From: a virus
Taxonomy: Duplodnaviria; Caudoviricetes
DNA: 64,000 nt
Reading direction: 5' to 3' (one strand)
Virus record (IMG/VR): IMGVR_UViG_3300037851_000671
Span: 96,001 to 160,000 of that record
Translations under genes and position numbers: made by a program
In this document: positions 31,144 through 39,895 of the stretch, piece after piece
Position numbering within the stretch: position 1 is the first letter of the stretch
Layout: every line of letters starts with the position of its first letter
Notes under the pieces: model-generated
Database searches by the model: none
What the model saw: only the letters and a program-made list of their open reading frames with translations
Told to the model about the DNA's origin: nothing

Positions 31144-32133
31144 ATGAAGAAAATACTAGTTACCGGATCTGGCTCTTTTTTGGGTCAGCATGTGGTTCCG
31201 TTGCTTAAAAGCGTTACTGGTTTCGAGGTTCTAACACCACGTAGAGATGAGCTGGATCTTTTCGACAGGGCACAGACAAAAACGTATCTGCGTAGACACC
31301 AGCCAGATACCATCCTTCATATGGCGGCTCTTTGTGGTGGGATTGGAGCAAACAAAAATAGCCCTGCCATGTTCCTTCAGCGCAACGTTGAGATGACCAT
31401 GAACTTGTTTGAGGGGGTCCTGTTCACCAATAGATACAATGACAGCGTGCCATACTTTCGTGGGTTCGAACCAATCCAACGTGTCTATGGACTTGGTTCG
31501 GTGTGTATGTATCCGAAGTTCACTCCGGTGCCATTCAAGGAGGAGAACATCTGGAACGGCATGCCAGAGGAAACCAATTTTCCATACGGCGAGTCAAAAA
31601 GGGTTTTGCTGGTGATGCAGCAGGCATATCGCAAACAGTTCGGACTTCGTGGTGCTCATCTGGTTCCTGTCAACATGTACGGCGAGCATGACCACTTTGA
31701 CCTTGAGAACAGTCACGTCATTCCAGCTCTCATTCGTAAGTTCGTGGAGGCCAGGGATTTCGACATTCCATCTGTTGAAGTGTGGGGCAACGGCGAGGCT
31801 ACCAGAGAGTTCTTGTATGCTGGAGATTGTGCCAAAGCTATCGTTAAAGCTGTGACCACCTCTTTGGACTACAATGAACCTATAAATCTCGGCACTGGCG
31901 TTGATATATCAATCAAGAGGCTGGCCGAGAAGATTAAGAATCTCACCGGATACAACGGACAGATAACCTTCACTGGTGATGTGGTTATCAACGGTCAGCC
32001 AGCCAGACGCTTAGATGTTAGCAGGGCCAAGGAAGTTTTGGATTGGCAGGCTGAGATCGACCTGGATAATGGATTATACAAAACCATACATTGGTTTGAA
32101 AAGAATTTGAAGGAACAACGTGTTCACACCTAA
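31144..32133 (+). CDS. fcl: GDP-L-fucose synthase
   Basis: 'HMAALCGGIGAN', 'LGSVCMYP', 'TNFPYGESK', 'SHVIPALIRK', 'WGNGEATREFL'. Confidence 0.92.
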   Translation: MKKILVTGSGSFLGQHVVPLLKSVTGFEVLTPRRDELDLFDRAQTKTYLRRHQPDTILHMAALCGGIGANKNSPAMFLQRNVEMTMNLFEGVLFTNRYNDSVPYFRGFEPIQRVYGLGSVCMYPKFTPVPFKEENIWNGMPEETNFPYGESKRVLLVMQQAYRKQFGLRGAHLVPVNMYGEHDHFDLENSHVIPALIRKFVEARDFDIPSVEVWGNGEATREFLYAGDCAKAIVKAVTTSLDYNEPINLGTGVDISIKRLAEKIKNLTGYNGQITFTGDVVINGQPARRLDVSRAKEVLDWQAEIDLDNGLYKTIHWFEKNLKEQRVHT

Positions 32134-33535
32134 ATTGATCAATACATTAAGCAAGATACAAGAGAAGATTACCGATATCCCTCTTGATAAATTTGAAACC
32201 ATATCCAAAGAGGTTATGGCTTTGGATGCTCTTTGCGATAAGCTTTCGGAAAAGAAAGAAGAGCAGAGTATTTTCACTGAGAAAGACCTTGAGTCAATAC
32301 ACTTCCTTGAAAAATATGTCAGGGAATGTATTGCAAAGAAAGCGCAAAAGAAGGTTGATAAACCAACTGGTATCAGGGCTCGTTTCGATTTTTGGAAAGC
32401 AGTAAAACCATACAATGTTACAGTTGAAGAGGTCAACGTCATCAAGGATAAGAAAGAGGTTATCAAGGGCAAAAGGGAAGAAGCTCAGACTTTTGATCTT
32501 ACGACAGAAGATTTGCAGAAGTTTGTTGATGGCACTTTGACAATGGCTGATTTGGCTAAGATGATCAAACCCCTTAGCGAGGCTGATAAAGAGCTATTGA
32601 AACCAATACCTCCGGTTTGGGAAAAGGAAACGTCAACAGATGAGGTAAAAGAAAACAAACCCGTAAAAACACTTGAGTATTTCCAGAAGAATAAGGGCAA
32701 GTGGGTAAGGGCAGATTGGTTTACTAAGCACGAACAAGAGAAAGAGGAAAAGGCAAAGCAAGAGCAAGATGAAAAAGCCAGGGCAGACGAACTCAAAGTA
32801 GAGATTGTTAAAAACACCACAAGGGTCAATGACATCAAACACAAACTTGAGGTTTTCTGTCGTAAACTGTTATCTATCACATTAAACAAACCAGTTGCCG
32901 AAGAGACTTACAATCCAGATGACAAATATCCTTGGAATGTAAAATCACAAGCAAACTCTCTAATATCTCAATGCAACAAGATATTGGTTCTTATCAAGGG
33001 CATTGATAGAGCCTGTTTTCACAAGCATCATGGTGGTAAAGATGCCATTTCAAACGATGAGCTTTCCAAACAGTTGATGAAAGCTATCGTTGATTTTGGT
33101 GCCATAGATAGCGATGTCCAAACATTCCTTAACAAATACTACGATGAGTCTATTGATATCATCCATCCTGTTAGAAAACTAAGTGATGTAAAGCTTGATT
33201 ACATAGCGGAGCAGCAAAAGAACAAAGAAGAACTCATAAAAGCTGAGCGTGAGTTTGCTTCCACCATTGGGTTTGGACCACGCCAGAAAACAGTTGGTCG
33301 TGGGGCTGGTGGTTGGTTTGTCATGGCCGGTGATAAACTTGGTGATGTTGAAATACTGACAGCCAAGAAAGTTGGTATGACAAAGAAGAGAGACTATGTG
33401 AAAGAGCTTAAGTCTTTGAAGGTGTCTGACATTAAGAAATGGGTTGTCAGCATTTGGAACCACAAAATAATGAAGAAGCCAACAGAAGCTCAGAAAATCA
33501 AAGAGCGTTTTGAGAAGCTTGGTCTGGATGGTTAA
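32120..33535 (+). CDS. hypothetical Lys/Glu-rich protein
   Basis: 471-aa ORF with GTG start and GAAGGA RBS; no recognisable motif. Confidence 0.7.
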   Translation: MFTPKLINTLSKIQEKITDIPLDKFETISKEVMALDALCDKLSEKKEEQSIFTEKDLESIHFLEKYVRECIAKKAQKKVDKPTGIRARFDFWKAVKPYNVTVEEVNVIKDKKEVIKGKREEAQTFDLTTEDLQKFVDGTLTMADLAKMIKPLSEADKELLKPIPPVWEKETSTDEVKENKPVKTLEYFQKNKGKWVRADWFTKHEQEKEEKAKQEQDEKARADELKVEIVKNTTRVNDIKHKLEVFCRKLLSITLNKPVAEETYNPDDKYPWNVKSQANSLISQCNKILVLIKGIDRACFHKHHGGKDAISNDELSKQLMKAIVDFGAIDSDVQTFLNKYYDESIDIIHPVRKLSDVKLDYIAEQQKNKEELIKAEREFASTIGFGPRQKTVGRGAGGWFVMAGDKLGDVEILTAKKVGMTKKRDYVKELKSLKVSDIKKWVVSIWNHKIMKKPTEAQKIKERFEKLGLDG

Positions 33536-33546
33536 TTGGGTAGGCT

Positions 33547-33612
33547 ATGGGAAAGAAGCAGAAGATACTTGTGACAGGAAGTGGTGGTTTCTGTCAATAT
33601 TGTGATATTTAG
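33547..33612 (+). pseudogene. truncated 5' stub of an NAD-dependent epimerase gene (MGKKQKILVTGSGGF-CQYCDI*)
   Basis: Translated by hand; the first 15 codons align with the N-terminus of the 34503 gene (10/15 aa, 30/45 nt identical). Confidence 0.8.
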
Positions 33613-34547
33613 ATATGTTTACATCAAAACGTCACGTTAGAGATAAGAACGGAAAACTCAAATTTGAGTTTCTAATAAAGTGTCAGTGTTGCAATGTTGA
33701 AAAATGGGTCATGTGTTCAATAACACGGGCCAGAAATATGAAATATTGCTCTCGCAAGTGTATCAATATAGGAAAAAAACATACACAAGAGTGGAAAGAC
33801 TCTATTTCAGAACGCAATTTAGGATCTAATAACCATTTCTTTGGAAAAAAGCACACACAACAAACAAAACAAAAAATGTCAGATTCACATGAACACAAAA
33901 ATGTTTACTGGATCATGAAAGAAAAGCTTAAGCCAGATGAGTTTGTAATATATTGGGGAAAATTACTGCAACAAGTTCGTAGGAGATAAAAACCATTTCT
34001 TTGGAAAGCAACATACACAAGAGACGCGTCAACACCTGTCGGAAGTTAGGTCTATAGGTATAGCTAACGGAACAATAGACATTAAACCTAGTCATTATGG
34101 GTTGAAGGGTTATTACACATCAACAAAAACAAATACCAAATTTAGATTTGACTCTTTCGTTGAGCTAATAAGAATGAATTTGCTAGACAATGACGATGAA
34201 GTTGTTTCATGGACAAAAAGACACGGTATTAGAATAAAATACATATTAGACGGCGTAATGAAACGTTACATTCCAGATTTTATGATAGTGAAAAAGGACG
34301 GTAGTACGGTAATAGAAGAAGTTAAAGGATATGAAAATGCAAAAAAGAAAGAATGTAAATTTCAGGCTTTGTGTGAATTCTGTATAGAAAACGGATATAT
34401 TTCGAGCATTGTGACATATGAGCATATCCGGTCTATTTGTCCAAAAGAGTTTGGGAAAAGCTTATGCTCCCTTAGAGGGTATTACAAAAAGGGTGATTTG
34501 TCGTGGATAAAAAGAAAAAATTACTTATAACTGGAACAGGCGGCTTC
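33592..34547 (+). mobile_element. free-standing homing-endonuclease-like insertion carrying a replacement 5' end for its target gene
   Basis: Lies between two diverged copies of the epimerase N-terminus; contains the NUMOD3 + PD-(D/E)xK ORF; visibly A-rich. Confidence 0.65.
33615..34530 (+). pseudogene. NUMOD3 + TnsA-like PD-(D/E)xK endonuclease split by a 1-nt frameshift
   Basis: Track ORFs 33615-33989 and 34102-34530; the second frame is open from 33949 and has a further NUMOD3 repeat 'GDKNHFFGKQHTQET'; removing one G from GGGG at 33955-33958 joins the two; nuclease motif 'YIPDF..IEEVKG'. Confidence 0.75.
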
Positions 34548-35438
34548 ATTTTTGGAAACTTCATCAGACAGGCATTGTTCAACAAGAAGCCATACGTTCT
34601 TTCCAGCATAGATAGGGTCAAGGAGACGCATGTCCTTTACAATATCTATGTGAACCAGGACCATGCTTTCTACATAGCTGATCTTAGAGATAATCACACG
34701 TTGAACATCATAGTGAAAAAGGAGGAGCCGGATATCATAATCCATGGTGCGTCTGAGAACGCACCGTCCTCCTTTGTCAGCTGTAATGTTGTAGGAACGC
34801 AAAACGTAATCGATGTCTGTGCTGATAATGGGTGTAAGTTGATCTACGTTAGCACAGATGAGGTTTTTGGGCCTCAATCATCTGAGAAAGATCCTCGTTG
34901 GACTGAGAATAGCCCACTCAAACCGGTTACTCCTTTTGCCGCATCAAAAGCCGCAGGGGAGTTGTTGGTCAAGGCTGCGAGAGGGTTGAACTACAACATT
35001 GTCAGGCTATCGAACGTATATGGTATGTGGCAGCCACAGAACAAACTCATTCCCAAAATAGTAAAGAGTGTTCTGTCTGAAACTCCGTTTACCATGTACG
35101 GTAAGGGAGATGAGCTAAGGGAGTGGACACATGTCTATGACGTGTGTTCTGCCATTTTCCAACTCGTGGATAACTGGACCGCTAACGAGGTTTACAATGT
35201 TAGCTCAAACCAAGAGTTCATGAATGTTGAAGTATTTCAGATGGTTTGCAATGTTTTGGGCAAAGGGCATAATCTGTTAAAGTTCTCGGAAGCCAAAGAG
35301 AAAATTGCTTCACGATATGCGATGAACGCTGATAAGATCAAATCTCTTGGCTGGAAACCAAACTATGCTAAATTGAAAGAAGGTTTAACTGACACTTGCC
35401 AATGGTATGTAAGTAATCAATTTGTTCTAAGGATGTAA
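34503..35438 (+). CDS. NAD-dependent epimerase/dehydratase, RmlB-like, with a degenerate active site
   Basis: 'ITGTGGFIF', 'YVSTDEVFG', 'LSNVYG', 'REWTHVYD'; YxxxK reads 'FAASK'. Confidence 0.85.
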   Translation: MDKKKKLLITGTGGFIFGNFIRQALFNKKPYVLSSIDRVKETHVLYNIYVNQDHAFYIADLRDNHTLNIIVKKEEPDIIIHGASENAPSSFVSCNVVGTQNVIDVCADNGCKLIYVSTDEVFGPQSSEKDPRWTENSPLKPVTPFAASKAAGELLVKAARGLNYNIVRLSNVYGMWQPQNKLIPKIVKSVLSETPFTMYGKGDELREWTHVYDVCSAIFQLVDNWTANEVYNVSSNQEFMNVEVFQMVCNVLGKGHNLLKFSEAKEKIASRYAMNADKIKSLGWKPNYAKLKEGLTDTCQWYVSNQFVLRM

Positions 35439-35487
35439 AATAGTCGAGTTTGGCAAACGATCAGAAAAATCAAAAAGAGGTATTGTC

Positions 35488-36873
35488 ATGACAGCTAGAA
35501 CATCTAAGGAAACAATACAGAGACAGGAGATAGAGGATAACATGACTAACGAAGAAAACACAGAGGCAAAGCCGCAAGAAAATGAGAAGAAGGTTTCGGA
35601 TGAGACCGAAGCAAAACTAGCAGCTCTCAAAGCAAAGTTCGCGGCAAAGGAGGAGAAAGTGCCACCACGTATAGTAGCTCAAAAAGAGGTTAGTATCAGG
35701 TTCGGTGTAGTAGGCTCTGGACAGGCTGGCTCACGTTTGGCCGAGGCCCTGTACAAGCTAAGCTATCCCGCTGTTGTTATCAATACCGCTAGACAAGATC
35801 TGGCTGACATTGATGTTCCAGAAACCAACAAACTGCTACTTGAGTACGGTCTTGGTGGTGCTGCAAAAGATCTCAGCATTGGACACGCGGCTGCTGAGGC
35901 TTTCTCTGATGACATCAAGGACACACTCAGGAAGCACTTGAGAGATCAGGAAATCATCCTGTTCTGCACATCGCTTGGTGGTGGTTCTGGTGCCGGTTCT
36001 TCAGAGGTTATAGTAGACATCCTTGTTCAGACACTGGAAGTTCCGGTGGTTGTTCTTACTGTACTTCCACAGGCCAGTGATGACACTCAGGTCAAACACA
36101 ACGCTCTACAGACATTGAGCAAGTTCGCCAAGATGGTTCAGGGCAAGAAAATTGCTAACCTGATTGTTGCTGACAACGCCAAGATTGAGAGCGTGTTCAG
36201 TGACGTTAGCCCGTTCAATTTTTTCAAGGTATCTAACCAGGCTATTGTAAACCCGATAGATGTCTTCAATACTTTGAGCACATACACATCAGCAGTAAAA
36301 CCGCTTGACTCCAATGAGTTTGCCAAGCTGTTCTTGGATGGTCAGGGTCTCACGGTGTACGGAACCATGAAGGTTTCTAACTATGAGGATGAGATGGCTA
36401 TTGCTCAGAGTTTGATTGAGAACCTGGGCGGTAACCTTCTGGCTTCTGGGTTTGATACCAAGCAGGCCAGATATGCTGGATTCATGCTCGTAGCTCCATC
36501 TGCGGTTTGGGAAAAGATCCCATCCTCAAGTTTGCATTATGCCAACAGTTTGATTGATGAGGCTTGTGCCAATCCGCGTGGTATTTTCCGTGGTATCTAT
36601 GCGGTTGAGAATGGTGAGGATTGCATCACTGTGTATAGCATGTTCTCTGGACTTGGTTTGCCAACTGATCGTGTTGAGCAGTTGAAGAATGAAACCAAGG
36701 AGAGAATGGCTGCCGCTGATAAGAAAGACAATGACAGGAACCTTACCCTGAAGCTTGATGTTGGAGAGTCCAGCGTTTCTGCTGCTGAAGACATCAAGAA
36801 AAAGATTGCGGCCAAGAAATCCGCTTTCGGTATGCTTCATGGTAAGGCGATTGATGACAGGAGAAAGAGATGA
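35488..36873 (+). CDS. tubulin/FtsZ-family GTPase (TubZ/CetZ/PhuZ-like)
   Basis: 'GSGQAGSRLA', signature 'SLGGGSGAGS', 'DNAK', T7-like 'LDSNEF'; alternative start 35542. Confidence 0.9.
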   Translation: MTARTSKETIQRQEIEDNMTNEENTEAKPQENEKKVSDETEAKLAALKAKFAAKEEKVPPRIVAQKEVSIRFGVVGSGQAGSRLAEALYKLSYPAVVINTARQDLADIDVPETNKLLLEYGLGGAAKDLSIGHAAAEAFSDDIKDTLRKHLRDQEIILFCTSLGGGSGAGSSEVIVDILVQTLEVPVVVLTVLPQASDDTQVKHNALQTLSKFAKMVQGKKIANLIVADNAKIESVFSDVSPFNFFKVSNQAIVNPIDVFNTLSTYTSAVKPLDSNEFAKLFLDGQGLTVYGTMKVSNYEDEMAIAQSLIENLGGNLLASGFDTKQARYAGFMLVAPSAVWEKIPSSSLHYANSLIDEACANPRGIFRGIYAVENGEDCITVYSMFSGLGLPTDRVEQLKNETKERMAAADKKDNDRNLTLKLDVGESSVSAAEDIKKKIAAKKSAFGMLHGKAIDDRRKR

Positions 36874-37298
36874 AATCGTATTCGTGTATCCTTGGGTGGA
36901 TAGGAGACAAGTAACCAAGACCAGTCAGCAGTGGTTGGCTTCTGGTTCCTTGGATTGATGACAAGGCTCCAGAGCCAGGAACTCCGGTACAACTTACGGT
37001 TGCCAATAACAAAGTTGTACTAAAACCCTGCAATTCAACCGAGGATTGTTGTGGGATTGTAAATCATGTCGTAGAAGATCCTGCACAAGCTGGTATTCAA
37101 ACGATACTTGTCCGTTTCGATAGGTCAATATACACAACAACCATATACGATGTTGAGAAAAGGTATCCGGTAAACGCCAGGATATTTGTCAGGGATGGCA
37201 AGTTTACAACAGAGTCTAATGGAGATGAGTATTCAATTGGGTTTGTGACAATACCACCAACATCCACAGACTCTGTCTTGAAGTTCTTTTGGTTCTAA
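36870..37298 (+). pseudogene. ORF absent from the track, with one in-frame TAA at 36912-36914
   Basis: ATG overlaps the tubulin stop (ATGA); after the TAA the frame is open for 127 sense codons (PRPVSSGWLLVPWIDDKAPEPGTPVQLTV...KFFWF*) and fills the gap up to 37309. Confidence 0.65.
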
Positions 37299-37308
37299 CA
37301 GGAGAAAG

Positions 37309-37848
37309 ATGACGATACCAAGTAACGTTGTTCATAAGTACAGCAAATTTGCAAGTGTGTTCGTTGAGACAGGAACTCATATTGGTAAGACGGTGCTTGC
37401 CGCTCACAACGCTGGTTTCAAGCGCATCTATACCATTGAGCTTGCCGATCACTTCTACGCAGATGCTGTCAAGAAATTTGCAGGTTATCCTGGTATCAAG
37501 TGCATCCATGGTGATTCTTCTAAGAAACTGAAAGAGGTGTTGGCTGAGTTAGATGAACGCGCTGTGTTTTGGCTGGATGGTCATTGGAGCATGGGGGACA
37601 CGGCGCGTGGGGATAAGGACGTTCCACTTTGTGAAGAGCTGGAATCAATTGCCAATCATCACATCAAAAATCATATCTTGTTGATTGATGATATACGATT
37701 GTTTGGAGACAAATCAGAAGCAGTTACAGGTTGGCACACCTTATCTGTTGATAAGATAAAAGCCTTGTGTTTGAAGATTAATCCAGAATACAAATTCAGT
37801 TATGAGAATGGACACGTGCCAAATGATATCCTAGTAGCAATGGCATAA
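37309..37848 (+). CDS. class I SAM methyltransferase-like protein
   Basis: 'FVETGT', 'IHGDS', 'FWLDGH', 'ILLIDD'; AGGAG RBS. Confidence 0.7.
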   Translation: MTIPSNVVHKYSKFASVFVETGTHIGKTVLAAHNAGFKRIYTIELADHFYADAVKKFAGYPGIKCIHGDSSKKLKEVLAELDERAVFWLDGHWSMGDTARGDKDVPLCEELESIANHHIKNHILLIDDIRLFGDKSEAVTGWHTLSVDKIKALCLKINPEYKFSYENGHVPNDILVAMA

Positions 37849-37857
37849 GAGGTTTAC

Positions 37858-38382
37858 ATGGGACATATATTTGCTAAAAATCTAGTGATTCATTCTAAAG
37901 GTGACAAATCATCTGACACAATGGTGTACTTGACATCTTGTCAGTCACTAAGAGACATGTCAAGCACAAGAGATGAAAAACGAGAAGATCGTTGGGTTAC
38001 TTTTGGGTTACTTCAGCAGGTGTCATTCTCGGCAAACGCTGACCGTCCTTGTACTCAGGTGAATTTCGGATGTTTGGCTTTCAGTGCTGGTGAACTTCTA
38101 GACCTTCCAGTCAGGGAAGATTTTGAGGGAGGGATTACATTTTTCTTTGAGGACTTCGGCCAGTTCCCGCCAATACCACACAAGATTATCATTCTCGATC
38201 ATACCGTAAACCCGATTGGATTCATAAACAGGGCCGATTTCAGTTGTGATGTAACTACCAACAAGACCAATGTTGAGTTGTTTTACATGATTGAATCGCC
38301 TAGCGTGGACAGGTTCAATCAGCTTCCTTCGTGGATCAAAAGGAACCCGTTGAATTTCCGAGAAACTTTGCACGAGAGATGA
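37858..38382 (+). CDS. hypothetical protein
   Basis: 174-aa ORF with GAGG RBS. Confidence 0.7.
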   Translation: MGHIFAKNLVIHSKGDKSSDTMVYLTSCQSLRDMSSTRDEKREDRWVTFGLLQQVSFSANADRPCTQVNFGCLAFSAGELLDLPVREDFEGGITFFFEDFGQFPPIPHKIIILDHTVNPIGFINRADFSCDVTTNKTNVELFYMIESPSVDRFNQLPSWIKRNPLNFRETLHER

Positions 38383-38404
38383 AAGCCGTTTACGATACAT
38401 AAAC

Positions 38405-39895
38405 ATGGTTTCGATTATCAGGTTTGAAAATTCATGTCAGATTATTGAAGAAGACGATGTAGACCTATACAAACAGGTTGACCGTTTATTGTCGTACAAG
38501 ATACAGGGCGCAGAGTATTCCAAGGCATACAAGGGGTACACGAACGCACAAGGCGAGGAGGTATCTTGGGACGGGCATCGTCACATCATGTCTTCTACTG
38601 GGCGCTTCCCTCCTGGGTTATTTGAGCGTGTCAAAGAGTTCTATAACCAACACGGCATATTCCCTGAGGTTATAGACAAGCGCCATGTAAGGGAGCTGGC
38701 TCAGGAAATCAGCATCATCTCAAAACTGAGGGAGCTTGATAAAGAGCCAAGACCTTACCAGATTGATGCTGTTGAAAAAGCTGTCCAAACGGATCGTGGC
38801 ATCATTCGTATAGCCACAGGCGGAGGGAAAACACTGGTAGCCGGGCTCATCACAGCCAAACTAGGCAAGCGCACCATTATCTATGTTATTGGTAAGGACT
38901 TGCTTTACCAGCTTCAGAGTTTCTTCTCTGATATCTTCGGTACGGAGATAGGGATCATTGGGGATGGTAAATGTGAGATACGTGACATCAACATCGCTAC
39001 TGTGTGGAGCGTTGGAAAGGTTCTTGGAATAAAGAAAACCAAATTACTTGATGATGAGGGTAATACCAAAGAGAAGGATATTGATCCATCTAAGTTCAAG
39101 TACATCAAGCAAATGCTTCTTGATGCAAAGGTTCATATATTGGATGAGTGTCACCTTGCGGCTTGTGACACTGTTCAGACAATAGCAAAGAACATCAAAG
39201 CCGAGTACGTGTATGGCATGAGCGCATCTCCATGGAGAGATGATGGCGCTGATTTACTTATTGAGGCTTTTCTTGGCAGGAAGATAGTTGATCTGTCTGC
39301 AAAGAAGCTGATCGAGCAAGGCTGGTTGGTTCCGCCTGACATCAGGTTCCTTGCGCCTGCTCCGTACCCTTACAAGAGCGGCGCATACCCAAAGATCTAC
39401 TCCAAATACATTGTGGAGAATGCTCAAAGGAACCAAATGATTCTCAAAGGGGCCACGAAACTGGTCGAGCAGGGCTTCCCGACTTTGGTTCTCTTCCACA
39501 GCATCAAGCATGGCGAGAGCCTTAAACAGCTATTGTCACAGAACCTTTCTGTTGGATTGCTTAGTGGAGAAGATAACCAGAAGCAACGAGACAAGATAAA
39601 GGATCAGCTTGAGGAAGGAAAGATACAGTGCATTATTGCCAGCAAGATATTCGACATCGGAATAGACCTTCCAACTCTATCTGGTCTCATTGTATCTGGT
39701 GGCGGTAAATCATCTGTAAGAGCTTTGCAGCGAATAGGTAGAGTCATCCGAAAGAATCCAGGCAAAAAGAAAGCTGCCGTATTAGACTTTGCCGATCAGG
39801 CGCCACACCTTAATGATCACGCCCATACACGCAAAGAGATATATTCTCAGGAGTTCGATGTAAAATGGCCGGAAGAACAAAAACAACCAAAGTAA
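38405..39895 (+). CDS. superfamily 2 DExH helicase, UvsW-like
   Basis: 'PRPYQ', 'ATGGGKT', 'ILDECH', 'SASP', 'GIDLP', 'QRIGRVIR'. Confidence 0.93.
   Translation: MVSIIRFENSCQIIEEDDVDLYKQVDRLLSYKIQGAEYSKAYKGYTNAQGEEVSWDGHRHIMSSTGRFPPGLFERVKEFYNQHGIFPEVIDKRHVRELAQEISIISKLRELDKEPRPYQIDAVEKAVQTDRGIIRIATGGGKTLVAGLITAKLGKRTIIYVIGKDLLYQLQSFFSDIFGTEIGIIGDGKCEIRDINIATVWSVGKVLGIKKTKLLDDEGNTKEKDIDPSKFKYIKQMLLDAKVHILDECHLAACDTVQTIAKNIKAEYVYGMSASPWRDDGADLLIEAFLGRKIVDLSAKKLIEQGWLVPPDIRFLAPAPYPYKSGAYPKIYSKYIVENAQRNQMILKGATKLVEQGFPTLVLFHSIKHGESLKQLLSQNLSVGLLSGEDNQKQRDKIKDQLEEGKIQCIIASKIFDIGIDLPTLSGLIVSGGGKSSVRALQRIGRVIRKNPGKKKAAVLDFADQAPHLNDHAHTRKEIYSQEFDVKWPEEQKQPK

Noticed and set aside
33615-34530. Tn7-like transposon (TnsA-like domain; insert begins TGT)
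   Set aside because: No TnsB or TnsC, no terminal inverted repeats and no exact target-site duplication.
33592-34547. Group I intron in the epimerase gene
   Set aside because: No in-frame junction gives an exon-terminal U together with an intron-terminal G; the insert is almost entirely ORF, leaving no room for a ribozyme core; the downstream gene has its own start.
14349-35438. Bacterial O-antigen or capsule locus (window being host chromosome)
   Set aside because: No flippase, polymerase, exporter or initiating transferase; the block is embedded between baseplate genes and phage-type replication and fibre genes with continuous gene coupling.
36912-36914. Genome-wide stop-codon reassignment
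   Set aside because: TAA, TAG and TGA all end well-defined genes in the window and ORFs of up to 2227 aa are intact in the standard code; only this one in-frame TAA was seen.
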